In this document: piece by piece, positions 19,881 through 28,873 of the stretch
How the letters are laid out: every line of letters starts with the position of its first letter
Position numbering within the stretch: position 1 is the first letter of the stretch
Source of the DNA: Acidimicrobiia bacterium
GTDB lineage: Bacteria > Actinomycetota > Acidimicrobiia > Spongiisociales > UBA5794
Assembly (NCBI GenBank): GCA_041608535.1
Contig: JBFISM010000002.1
Location: 10,918 to 74,917, forward strand
DNA length: 64,000 bases
Direction of reading: 5' to 3'
Notes under the pieces: model-generated
What the model saw: only the letters and a program-made list of their open reading frames with translations
What the model was told of the DNA's origin: nothing
The model's database searches: none
Translations under genes and position numbers: made by a program

Positions 19881-20483
19881 ATGACGACCGAGACCCGACG
19901 GTGTGGCGAGGCTACCGCGCTGCTGACCGACATCGCCGCTGGGGATCGAGACGCCTGGCGCACCGTGATGGAGAAGTACGACGGCGCCGTCTCCGGGACG
20001 CTGGCCAGTTTTCGCTTCGACGAGGCGACCCGAGCCGATGTCGTTCAGATCGTGTGGGTCAAACTATGGGAGAACGCCCGGTCGATTCGAGACGCTCGCT
20101 GTCTGGGGAGCTGGCTGCGTACCACCACCCGACGGGTGGCGATCGAAGTCGTGCGCCAGAGAAGACGTACGGTGCTCGTCGCCGACCACGGCGTGTTTGA
20201 CGCACGCTACGTCGACGAGCCGGACGTGGGCCCGGACACAGCGGAGAGAGCAGCGTTGTGTGCCGGCTTCCAGGCGCTCAGCCCGGAAGCCCAGAAGCTG
20301 CTCAGCCTGGTGTTTGCCCAAGAGCCATTGCCCTACACCGAGATAGCCCGCCGCCTGGAGCGGCCCGTGGGCAGTCTGGGGCCGACCCGGGCGAGAGTGT
20401 TACGGCAGCTCCGCAGCAACTATGAGACCGCTCTCGACTCAGGGCAACGCCGCCGCCGCTCGGGTTCGATCGCCGCTGCCTGA
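19881..20483 (+). CDS. ECF RNA polymerase sigma factor
   Basis: Region 2 DVVQIVWVKL...GSWLRT; region 4 YTEIARRL...GSLGPTRAR. Confidence 0.88.
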   Translation: MTTETRRCGEATALLTDIAAGDRDAWRTVMEKYDGAVSGTLASFRFDEATRADVVQIVWVKLWENARSIRDARCLGSWLRTTTRRVAIEVVRQRRRTVLVADHGVFDARYVDEPDVGPDTAERAALCAGFQALSPEAQKLLSLVFAQEPLPYTEIARRLERPVGSLGPTRARVLRQLRSNYETALDSGQRRRRSGSIAAA

Positions 20484-20526
20484 TCAGCGCCGCACAACGC
20501 ATGGCGCCGGCGGGACACACGCTGGC

Positions 20527-21852
20527 TCAGTCGAGTGCCGGAAGACGCAGCACGAAGCGAGCGCCGCTCGTGTACGCCATGTCGACCGAGATCGTGCCAC
20601 CGTGGGTGGCGAGAACTTCGCGAGCAATCGCCAGCCCGAGCCCCGTGCCACCGGTGACGCGGGTCCTCGCCTCGTCGGTCCGCACGAACCGATCGAAGAT
20701 CGCCGGCTGGAGTTCCGCGGGGATCCCCGGACCGTCGTCCTCGACCGCGATCACCGCATACCCATCCTCGGTGGAGAGAGTCACCCGGACAGCGGTCGCA
20801 GCATGGCGCCGGCCGTTGGCAATGACGTTGGCAATCGCACGACGCAAGCTCCGTTCGTGGCCCGCGACCATCACTGGTGCCAGCCGAGTTGTCACCGGCC
20901 GACCGTCCTCGGTGGTCGAGATGGCGGCTCGCACGACCTCGTCGAGGTCGAGCGGTGTTGCACCGCCCGGATGGCGGCCGGCGTCCATGCGAGCCAGCAG
21001 CAGTAGATCCTCCACGAGGTGCTGCATGTCGTCGACCGTCTCGAGCAGGGCTCGATGGTCGACGTCGTCCGCTTCGATCTCGAGTTGACTGCGCAGGCGC
21101 GTCAACGGGCTTCGCAGCTCGTGCGACGCATCGGCCACAAAGCGTTGGGTTGCCGAGTGGGCAACGGCGATGCGCTCGAGCATCTCGTTCATGGTGATGG
21201 CGAGCTGGCTGATCTCATCGTCGTGGTCGGGCACCGGGACCCGCCGGTCCAGATCCGTCCCGTCGATCCCGGCGGCCATGGCGCGAATCGCCTCGACGGG
21301 GGCCAGCGTGCGACCCACCATCGTCCACACCACGATGGCGAGCAGTGCGGTCACGATCGGTAGCCCGATCGCAAGGCTGGCCACCAGAACCGCCATCGTC
21401 TCGTCGATGTCCTCGAGGGACATGCCAACCTGCAAGACGGGGTCGTTGGATTCGCTGCCAAGCGGCCGGTTCAGCACCCGTGCGGGGCCTTCCAGCACGT
21501 CCAACTCGATCGAGACGACTCGCTCCGTCGTGGCGGGCGGCGCCAGCGGTGGACGGCCGGCGACATTGTCGCTGCCCGCCACTGCCATACCCCCGGCGAC
21601 GATCTGCCAGAAGCTCTCGTCGGGGTCGCCTTCGGCCGCGACCGGTCGGTCGCCGCCGGCCCACACGGTCTCGATCGTTTCCGCACGATTGCGCAGCTGG
21701 TCGTCCAGCCCGTCGACCAGCGTGGTGCGCACGGTCGCCACCAGGACGACACCCATCAGCGAGAGGACGACGGCGACAGCGAGCGTCGCCAGCGCGGTGA
21801 TGCGGACGCGTATGCCCCGGCGCATGGAGCTCGGGCTCGTCCGGTCAGCCAC
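20527..21852 (-). CDS. Sensor histidine kinase (HAMP-HisKA-HATPase)
   Basis: FVADASHELRSPL, VEDDGPGIP, GGTGLGLAI; two TM helices. Confidence 0.93.
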   Translation of the reverse strand: MADRTSPSSMRRGIRVRITALATLAVAVVLSLMGVVLVATVRTTLVDGLDDQLRNRAETIETVWAGGDRPVAAEGDPDESFWQIVAGGMAVAGSDNVAGRPPLAPPATTERVVSIELDVLEGPARVLNRPLGSESNDPVLQVGMSLEDIDETMAVLVASLAIGLPIVTALLAIVVWTMVGRTLAPVEAIRAMAAGIDGTDLDRRVPVPDHDDEISQLAITMNEMLERIAVAHSATQRFVADASHELRSPLTRLRSQLEIEADDVDHRALLETVDDMQHLVEDLLLLARMDAGRHPGGATPLDLDEVVRAAISTTEDGRPVTTRLAPVMVAGHERSLRRAIANVIANGRRHAATAVRVTLSTEDGYAVIAVEDDGPGIPAELQPAIFDRFVRTDEARTRVTGGTGLGLAIAREVLATHGGTISVDMAYTSGARFVLRLPALD

Positions 21853-22522
21853 CGTCGTCGACCAGGCGGTACCCCGCTCCCCGAACCGTCTCGATGGAAT
21901 GCCGGTCGAACGGTTCGTCGATGCGGCGGCGGATGCGGCCGATGTACACCTCCACGATGTTGGGATCACCGTCGAAGTCGAACTCCCACACGCCGTCGAG
22001 GATGTCCCGTTTCGAAAGCACCTGGCCCCGGCGGCGCATCAGGAACTCGAGGACGTCGAACTGGCGAGCCGTCAGTGCGATCTCCTCGTCCCCGCGCCAC
22101 ACCCGACGCTGCCCAGGTTCGAGGCGCAGATCACCGGCCTGTACCGGTGGCAGGCTGCGACCGGCCGATCTGCGCAGCAGTGCCCGCACCCGCGCCACCA
22201 GCACCGCAAAGGAGAACGGCTTCGTCAAATAGTCGTCGGCGCCCGTGTCCAGCGCTTCGGCCTCGTCGAGGTCCCCGTCCTTCGCGGTGAGCATCAATAT
22301 GGGCGTCCAATCGCCGCGACTACGAAGATCGCGGCACACCAGGTAGCCGTTGCGACCGGGGATCATGATGTCGAGCACGATGAGGTCGTAGCTGCTCTCG
22401 CTCGCCAGCCACAGCGCATCCGGTCCGGTGGTGGCGACGTCGACCGTGAAGCCTTCAGCTTCGAGACCCCTCCGCACATAGCGTGCGATCTTGGGGTCAT
22501 CCTCCACCACGAGCAGCTTCAT
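21845..22522 (-). CDS. OmpR-family response regulator
   Basis: LLVVEDD, LDIMIPG, GADDYLTKPF, ETVRGAGY. Confidence 0.95.
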   Translation of the reverse strand: MKLLVVEDDPKIARYVRRGLEAEGFTVDVATTGPDALWLASESSYDLIVLDIMIPGRNGYLVCRDLRSRGDWTPILMLTAKDGDLDEAEALDTGADDYLTKPFSFAVLVARVRALLRRSAGRSLPPVQAGDLRLEPGQRRVWRGDEEIALTARQFDVLEFLMRRRGQVLSKRDILDGVWEFDFDGDPNIVEVYIGRIRRRIDEPFDRHSIETVRGAGYRLVDDGG

Positions 22523-22576
22523 CGGGGCGTCCTTCGTCTCGATGCGATCGTCCCGTCCACAGTATTGGCGGAGAAC

Positions 22577-22632
22577 CTGACTCCTTGCTGAACGCCGAGT
22601 TCCCGCGGATTGGCGGTCAGCGTGGTGTCAGC
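22577..22632. promoter_or_regulatory. OmpR-type direct repeats in the divergent promoter
   Basis: GTCAGC at 22616 and 22627, and CTGA at 22577 and 22588 (opposite orientation); both pairs are spaced 11 bp. Confidence 0.45.
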
Positions 22633-22714
22633 ATGCCCCCGGCATGATGGGTCCACCAAGCCAAACCACATGACGAGACCACATGGTGACTCGTAGGAGA
22701 AAGGAGGTTGGCGG

Positions 22715-23038
22715 ATGAGCAAGTCCAGGATGATCAGGTGGGCCGTTGCCGCAGCTGCGGCGGTGGCGCTCATCGCCACGGCCGGCGTGGCAATCGCCGG
22801 AGGTGACGATACCGATACCCCGATCACCGGTCCGGCTCTGGAGCGTGCCAGCGAAGCGGCCATCCAGCACCTGGGCGGGGGGAACGTCACCGACACGGAG
22901 GTCGGGGACGAGGAAAGCCTTTACGAGGTAGAGGTCACGATGGACGATGGCCGCCAGATCGACGTGCAACTCGACGAAGCGTTCGTCGTGGTCGGCACGG
23001 AGACCGAGGACGGTCCCGACGACGTGGACAACGACTGA
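22715..23038 (+). CDS. Secreted PepSY-domain protein
   Basis: Signal peptide; YEVEVTMDDGRQIDVQLD; AAGGAGG RBS; divergent from the two-component system. Confidence 0.85.
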   Translation: MSKSRMIRWAVAAAAAVALIATAGVAIAGGDDTDTPITGPALERASEAAIQHLGGGNVTDTEVGDEESLYEVEVTMDDGRQIDVQLDEAFVVVGTETEDGPDDVDND

Positions 23039-23117
23039 TCGGTGCCCCCATGCGGTGAGTGCGGCGTCGCCGGGAGCGGCGCCGCATTCTGCGCCCCGAC
23101 TCTGCCGCAATTCCCTC

Positions 23118-23148
23118 TTGACTTCAAGCACGCTTTAAGTTCTACCGT
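23118..23148 (+). promoter_or_regulatory. MerR-family (SoxR/NmlR-like) promoter-operator, leaderless
   Basis: TTGACT-19 bp-TACCGT, with dyad ACTTCAAGC-AC-GCTTTAAGT (23121-23140) across the spacer; ATG lies 6 nt after the -10. Confidence 0.8.
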
Positions 23149-23154
23149 GCGGGG

Positions 23155-23877
23155 ATGACCTATCCCATACACGACACACCTCACGCACTGATCACCGGTG
23201 CGTCCCGCGGTCTCGGCCGCGCAGTCGCCCAGACGCTGGCCGAACGGGGTTGGGCCCTCGTTCTCGACGCTCGTCATCCCGATCTCCTCGAAGATGTCGG
23301 TGCCGAGCTCCGTCGCATCACCGACGTCGCCGTCGTGGCCGGCGATGTCGCGGATTCCGCGCACCGTATGGCGCTCGCCGCGCTGGTGAAACGCCGCGGG
23401 GGGCGACTCGACCTTTTGATGAACAATGCCAGCTCGCTCGGGCCCACCCCGCTGCCGGCTCTGCTGCGATCGCCGCACGGAGCGCTCGCCGCCACCCTGG
23501 CGGTGAACACGATCGCACCGCTCGAGCTGACCCGGCTGACCGCGGCCGCCCTACGAGCCACCGGGGGCGCAGTGATCAACGTGAGCTCCGATGCCGCCGT
23601 GGAGGCATATGCCGGCTGGGGGGTGTACGGAGCCAGCAAAGCGGCGCTCGACCAGCTGACCCGGGTGTTCGCCGTCGAGGAGCCCGAGTTGTCGTTCTAT
23701 GCCTTCGATCCCGGCGACATGCGGACCGACATGCATCGAGCTGCGTTTCCGACCGAGGACATCTCCGACCGCCCGCTTCCCCACACCGTGGTGCCGGCAC
23801 TGCTGCGACTCGTCGACGAGCGACCACCCAGCGGTCGCTACACCAAGTCCCAGCTCGAAGAGATGGTCGTCTCATGA
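23155..23877 (+). CDS. Short-chain dehydrogenase/reductase
   Basis: TGASRGLG, NNAS, NVSS, YGASK, DPGDMRT. Confidence 0.92.
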   Translation: MTYPIHDTPHALITGASRGLGRAVAQTLAERGWALVLDARHPDLLEDVGAELRRITDVAVVAGDVADSAHRMALAALVKRRGGRLDLLMNNASSLGPTPLPALLRSPHGALAATLAVNTIAPLELTRLTAAALRATGGAVINVSSDAAVEAYAGWGVYGASKAALDQLTRVFAVEEPELSFYAFDPGDMRTDMHRAAFPTEDISDRPLPHTVVPALLRLVDERPPSGRYTKSQLEEMVVS

Positions 23878-24947
23878 CGACATCGCTGCTGTCCCCGTAC
23901 CAGGTGCCGGTCGAGCGCTTTGCGAGCGAACCTCCCGAGGAACGTGGCGCCGGCCGGGACGATGTCGCACTCATGGTGGTCTCGCTCGCGGGGATCGAGC
24001 ACACCCGGTTTCCGCACCTCGGCGACCACCTCACACCCGGCGACCTGCTGGTCGTCAACACCAGTCCCACGCTCCCGGCTGCGCTTCCCGGGTCGTACGC
24101 CGGTGCGCCGGTCACGGTTCATCTCGCCACGCCTTCGCCGTCTGATGACGCGCCGCTGCGCTGGACGATCGAAATCAGGCAACCCGATCGTACGGGTCCG
24201 GTGCTCGACGCCGCAGCCGGGGAGATGATCGAACTCCCTGCAGGAGGCGCCGCCGTGCTCGTCGCACCGTCGGATGGTCGGACCGGGGGAGGGGTGCGAC
24301 TGTGGTCGGCCGTGCTCGATCTGCCTGGTCCCTTGCCCGGCTACCTCGACCTGTACGGTGCGCCGATTCGCTACGCGTACGTTCCACGGCCCTGGCCACT
24401 CGAGCGCTACCAGACGGTATTTGCCCTACCGGCGCGGCACGGACTCGGCAGCGCCGAGATGGCGAGTGCAGCCCGGCCGTTCACGCCACGGCTGGTCACC
24501 AGCCTCGTCGCCCAAGGTGTCAACTTCGCACCCATCACATTGCACACTGGTGTCTCGTCGCTCGCGGCGGGCGAGGACCCGCAACCGGAGTGGTTCGAGG
24601 TGCCGCCGGGGACGGTGCGAATGATCGAGCTGGTGCGGCGCGCCGGTGGCCGGGTGATCGCCGTCGGCACGTCCGCAACCCGGGCGCTGGAGAGCGCAGC
24701 CGCAGGTGGAGAGGGGTTCCGCCCCATGTCGGGTTGGACCGACCTCGTGCTGGAGGCCGCAACGCCGGCCACCGTCGTGGACGGCTTGATCACCGGATGG
24801 CACGAGCCCGACGCATCTCACATGAGGCTGCTGGCTGCGGTCGCCGGGGAGGAGCTGGTGGCTGCAGCCTACGCCGCGGCGCTCGCCGGCGAATACCGGT
24901 GGCACGAATTCGGGGACTCGTGCCTCCTGCTCCCCGCACGTGGTTGA
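23874..24947 (+). CDS. QueA-like protein (SAM:tRNA ribosyltransferase-isomerase fold, non-canonical paralog)
   Basis: GDLLVVNTS, YQTVFA, TLHTG, IAVGTS, WHEPDASH, WHEFGD; ATGA overlap with the SDR. Confidence 0.8.
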   Translation: MTTSLLSPYQVPVERFASEPPEERGAGRDDVALMVVSLAGIEHTRFPHLGDHLTPGDLLVVNTSPTLPAALPGSYAGAPVTVHLATPSPSDDAPLRWTIEIRQPDRTGPVLDAAAGEMIELPAGGAAVLVAPSDGRTGGGVRLWSAVLDLPGPLPGYLDLYGAPIRYAYVPRPWPLERYQTVFALPARHGLGSAEMASAARPFTPRLVTSLVAQGVNFAPITLHTGVSSLAAGEDPQPEWFEVPPGTVRMIELVRRAGGRVIAVGTSATRALESAAAGGEGFRPMSGWTDLVLEAATPATVVDGLITGWHEPDASHMRLLAAVAGEELVAAAYAAALAGEYRWHEFGDSCLLLPARG

Positions 24948-24986
24948 CACGGCCGGAACGCCGCTTCGGCGGGGAGCCCTGCCCGA

Positions 24987-26090
24987 TCAGGTCGGCTTCG
25001 TCTCTCCGGGTGACGTGTTCAGATAGATGGCGACTCCGTCGGGATCGTGGAACAACGCCCCGACGGATCCGTCGGATTCCTCGTGCGGTGGCGTGTCCAT
25101 CGCCAGTCCGAGCTGCTCCAGCTCGGAGACGAGGGTGCGGACGTCGCGTCCCCGGAAGTTCAGTGTCGGTGCATCCACACCGTCCTCGAAGAACCCCAGC
25201 CTGACCTCGTCGTTGGTCATCACGAGCCAACCAGACCCGGCGTCTCCAGCAACCCTGCGGAACCCGAGCCTCTCGTAGAACGACTGCGACCGAGCGGCGT
25301 CAGCGACACCGAAGCAGACATCGCACCAGCCGAGATCGACCGATGTCTCCGGGTCACTGCCGTGGATCAGCGCCGTGGCTTCTTCCATGGCGAACCGGCC
25401 TTCGGTGACCTCCCTGCCGACGACCACCCCGCCGAGCCGCCGGCCCGACTCTTGAAGTTCCAGCAACTGCTGGAGATCGTCCAGGTTGCGCACGCCGCCG
25501 GCGGCCACGACCGGTTCGGCGACGATGGCCAGGGCACTACGCAGGGCGTCGTAGTTGGGCGGCTCGCTCAAGGCATCGCGTCCCACCTCTTGGACCATGT
25601 AGCCGGCGACACCGGCCGAGGAGAGCTCGATGAGCACCTCTTCGAGAAACCGCCCACTGTTCTGAGTCCACCCTCGCGTCGCCAGCTCGTAATCGGTCCG
25701 GACGTCGACGCTCACCACGACCCGGTCCGGATTCGCCCGGCAGATGTCCCACAGCAGCACTTGGTCTTCGATGGCGACCGTGCCCATCACCACCCGCCAC
25801 GCCCCCGCATCGAGGAGCCTCTTCACCTCGAGCGCGGACCGAACCCCTCCGGCCACTTGGACCGGTGCATCCACCGCCGCGATGAGATCGTGAATCAGGC
25901 TGCGGTTGCGGTAGTCACCGTATGCCGCGGCGTCCAGATCGACGATGTGCAGCTTGTCGATGCCTTTGTTCACCCAGCCGACGGCGCGCTCGATGGGGTT
26001 GGCATCGAGCGAGATCGCATTCTCCACGTCGCCTTTCGGGAGGCGCACCGCACGACCACCGAGGATGTTCACCCGTGCGTACAGGTCCAT
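24987..26090 (-). CDS. HisA-like TIM barrel fused to a C-terminal VOC domain
   Basis: GGRAVRL, LHIVDLDAA, QVAGGVRS, VVMGT, AAGGV, then SQSFYERLGF...FHDPDG. Confidence 0.8.
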   Translation of the reverse strand: MDLYARVNILGGRAVRLPKGDVENAISLDANPIERAVGWVNKGIDKLHIVDLDAAAYGDYRNRSLIHDLIAAVDAPVQVAGGVRSALEVKRLLDAGAWRVVMGTVAIEDQVLLWDICRANPDRVVVSVDVRTDYELATRGWTQNSGRFLEEVLIELSSAGVAGYMVQEVGRDALSEPPNYDALRSALAIVAEPVVAAGGVRNLDDLQQLLELQESGRRLGGVVVGREVTEGRFAMEEATALIHGSDPETSVDLGWCDVCFGVADAARSQSFYERLGFRRVAGDAGSGWLVMTNDEVRLGFFEDGVDAPTLNFRGRDVRTLVSELEQLGLAMDTPPHEESDGSVGALFHDPDGVAIYLNTSPGETKPT

Positions 26091-26209
26091 GGAAACAGCA
26101 TATGGATCTCCGCCCGAGAGTGCGGCTGGCTCCTGAATCGGCATGTATCAAGCCGTGGCGTTGCCCGTCCCTACCCGTGTATGCACCATCCCATCGCTGG
26201 GTGTCGATC

Positions 26210-26563
26210 GTGAAACCGGAACAGGGTCGTGCCGCCGGTATCGACCTGTCTCACGCCGAAGGGTTGATCGCAGCCGACATGGCTCGCACCAATCCGAGTC
26301 TCTTGTCCGTCCTCGGCGATCTCGTCGACGAACAGCCACTGCACCAAGGCCTGGCGGCCTTCCAGATGCTTGCACTCCATCGCCACGGGCGGACTGCTGC
26401 GGCGCTACGTGCCTATGAGCGCCTCCGGCGCGACCTGGCAGACGCGCTCGGCGCCGCACCGTCCCGCCACCTGGCGCAGTTCGCTGCGGAGCTGCGTGCG
26501 CTGGCCCATGGCGACGGGCGTGGCGGGTCGAGCTCCGGGTCGCCGTTGCTCAACCGCACCTGA
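26210..26563 (+). CDS. Stand-alone BTAD-domain fragment protein
   Basis: QPLHQGL...MLALHRHGRTAAALRAYERLRRDLADALGAAPS matches the C-terminal half of BTAD. Confidence 0.6.
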   Translation: MKPEQGRAAGIDLSHAEGLIAADMARTNPSLLSVLGDLVDEQPLHQGLAAFQMLALHRHGRTAAALRAYERLRRDLADALGAAPSRHLAQFAAELRALAHGDGRGGSSSGSPLLNRT

Positions 26564-26647
26564 CTTCCAGGTCGAGTCCGCGCCAGTCCGGCAGTGCGCA
26601 GCGGCGGCACCGTGAGCTCCGCAGCGATACGCTGGGGAGACGACACA

Positions 26648-27700
26648 GTGGAGGCACGCACGACCACGGCGCTGGCCATCGGGACCATGAAGGGCGCCTG
26701 GATCGCTTGGTCCGACGATTCGGTCGACTGGCAACTCGATGGGCCCTACCTCAAGGGATGGCAGGTGACCACCTTCGGCCGCGCCGCGGACGGGAGCCAT
26801 CTGCTCGCCACCGGCAGCAGCTGGTTCGGAGCGGCGATCCATCGCAGCACCGACCTCGAGCAATGGGACCAGGTGGTTGCCGGCCCGGCATTCGACGAAG
26901 CGGACGGGCGCAAACTCGAGCAGGTGTGGACGTTCGCCGACTCCGGGGAGCGGCTGCTCGCCGGCGTCGCAGAGGCGGCACTCTTCACGAGCGACGATTC
27001 GGGGGAGACGTGGTCGGTGGTGGCCGGTCTCGATGCCCATCCCACCCGCAAGCAATGGGAGCCGGGTCTTGGTGGGTTGGCTGCTCATCGTGTCCTCGTC
27101 GACACCAGCAACCCGCAGCGGATGTGGACGGGGATCTCGGCAGTCGGTGTGTTCGCGACCGAGGACGGTGGCGAGACCTGGGAGCTGCGCAACGAGGGGG
27201 TCGAGGTGACGTCGCCGAGCGACGGCGGCGACATCGGGTACTGCGTGCATGCCCTGGTGGCGCATCCGGACGATGCCGACACGATATGGCGTCAGGATCA
27301 CCGCGGGGTGTATCGCACCGATGACGGTGGTGTGTCCTGGGAGCGCATCGAACGCGGTCTTCCCGGCGCCGGATTCGGCTTTCCCATCGATCGTGACGCC
27401 GCATCGGGAGCGCTCTTCGTGGTTCCTCTCGAATCGGATCAGTACCGCATGCCGGTTGACGGTCAGTTCGCCGTCTACCGGTCGACAGACGACGGCGATT
27501 CGTGGCATCGTTGTGAGGCGACGGCCGACAGCTACACGAGCGTGCTTCGTGACGCCATGGCCACAGACTGCCGAGGTGGCGTCTACATCGGCACGACCGG
27601 GGGCGAGGTGATCCACAGCCCCGATGGCGGCGACGGGTGGATCGGGCTGCCGTGGCGATTCCCACGGATCCTGTCCACCCATGTGCTGCCGGTGGCATGA
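26648..27700 (+). CDS. BNR/Asp-box repeat beta-propeller (sialidase-like) protein
   Basis: IGTMKG; repeated S/TxDxGxT/SW boxes (SDDSGETW, TEDGGETW, TDDGGVSW, STDDGDSW); CVH; GFGFPI. Confidence 0.85.
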   Translation: MEARTTTALAIGTMKGAWIAWSDDSVDWQLDGPYLKGWQVTTFGRAADGSHLLATGSSWFGAAIHRSTDLEQWDQVVAGPAFDEADGRKLEQVWTFADSGERLLAGVAEAALFTSDDSGETWSVVAGLDAHPTRKQWEPGLGGLAAHRVLVDTSNPQRMWTGISAVGVFATEDGGETWELRNEGVEVTSPSDGGDIGYCVHALVAHPDDADTIWRQDHRGVYRTDDGGVSWERIERGLPGAGFGFPIDRDAASGALFVVPLESDQYRMPVDGQFAVYRSTDDGDSWHRCEATADSYTSVLRDAMATDCRGGVYIGTTGGEVIHSPDGGDGWIGLPWRFPRILSTHVLPVA

Positions 27701-27981
27701 GCCGGGTCGAAGTCACCATTCCTGCCATGCTCGCCACGCTGGTTGGCGAGGAGCGCACGTTCCAGGTCGACGGAGAGACGGTGCGTGATGTGCTCCATGA
27801 GCTTTGCGTCAGGCATCCCGAGCTGCGGGTTCATCTGTTCGACGAGATCGGTGCGCTCCGACCTCACGTGTCGGTGTTTCACGACGATCGCACGGTCCAC
27901 GACCTGGATGCATCGGTCGCCGACGGCGCCAGGATCGTCGTCCTGCAGGCGGTGAGTGGCGGTGTGGCATCCCGCGAGTGA
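27697..27981 (+). CDS. MoaD/ThiS family ubiquitin-like protein
   Basis: VTIPAML, TVRDVL, LRPHVSVF, LQAVSGG followed by a VASRE extension; ATGA overlap. Confidence 0.85.
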   Translation: MSRVEVTIPAMLATLVGEERTFQVDGETVRDVLHELCVRHPELRVHLFDEIGALRPHVSVFHDDRTVHDLDASVADGARIVVLQAVSGGVASRE

Positions 27982-28019
27982 GCGTCTGCTCCCTCGCGGA
28001 CACCGGTCGACACCCACCA

Positions 28020-28742
28020 TCAGCCACGGACGAGCGCAACCGCCCCTGCCGGTGAACCCGGCCACGGCTCACCGTGGCCGGGCAGGATGAGAGATGCCTC
28101 GAGATCGATGATGCGATCGAGCGAAGCGTGCGCCATGGCGTCGTCGAGGTTGAAGCGGCGCTCGATCATCTGTGGCCCCCGCTCCGGCCCGATGAGGTCC
28201 ATCGTGATGAGACCGTCACCGGTGAAGAGCAGCCCCCGATCCGGACTGTGGAACATGGTGTGGCCTTCAGTGTGACCCGGAGTGTGGATGGCCACGAGAC
28301 TGCCTGGAAGGTCCAGCGTCTCACCATCCTCGAATGTTTCGACAGCGGCCACGTGATCCAGCTTCAAAACGCCGGCGACGATCATGGGGAGAAACGTCCG
28401 CAGTGCGTGGATATTGAACAGCGGCAGCTCGCTGGCAGACACCGCATAGCGACCTCGGTAGGTACCGGCTGCTCTCGTCGCCTCATCCTCATGGACCGCG
28501 ACCACCACCCCGTTGTCGGTAGCCCTCTTGGCGAGCCCGAAGTGGTCGGCGTGGGAGTGGGTGGCGACGATCCCGGCCACCGCAGCCAAAGAGAGCCCAA
28601 CCGACTCCAAGGCTGCGATCAGCTTTTTCCACTCGTTGCGGCACCCTGCGTCCACGATGGTGGCCCGATCGCCCTCCTTGAGCACGTAGAAGTTGTGCCC
28701 GCGGGTGCCAAGCCGGTAGGTATCTGCGGCGACCTGTTGCAT
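28020..28742 (-). CDS. MBL-fold metallo-hydrolase
   Basis: VDAG, THSHADH, TPGHTEGH, FTGD, PGHG; TAGCCT -10 lies 7 nt before the ATG (leaderless). Confidence 0.9.
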   Translation of the reverse strand: MQQVAADTYRLGTRGHNFYVLKEGDRATIVDAGCRNEWKKLIAALESVGLSLAAVAGIVATHSHADHFGLAKRATDNGVVVAVHEDEATRAAGTYRGRYAVSASELPLFNIHALRTFLPMIVAGVLKLDHVAAVETFEDGETLDLPGSLVAIHTPGHTEGHTMFHSPDRGLLFTGDGLITMDLIGPERGPQMIERRFNLDDAMAHASLDRIIDLEASLILPGHGEPWPGSPAGAVALVRG

Positions 28743-28818
28743 GCAGCCGAGGCTACCCGGGCATTGGGCCGGGATGCTCGGTACCGGCGCTGAGTGCATT
28801 CGGTGCGTCGTCGAGCGT

Positions 28819-28849
28819 GGGGCGGGTCGGTGGGCGTCCGACCCGCCCC
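28819..28849 (-). terminator. GC-rich hairpin downstream of the OsmC-like gene
   Basis: GGGGCGGGTCGG / CCGACCCGCCCC 12-bp inverted repeat. Confidence 0.55.
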
Positions 28850-28873
28850 CAGCTCGTCTGCAGCCGGCTCGAC

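Noticed and set aside
20527-23038. Two-component system plus divergent PepSY protein as a novel system
   Set aside because: This is a common, widely seen arrangement.
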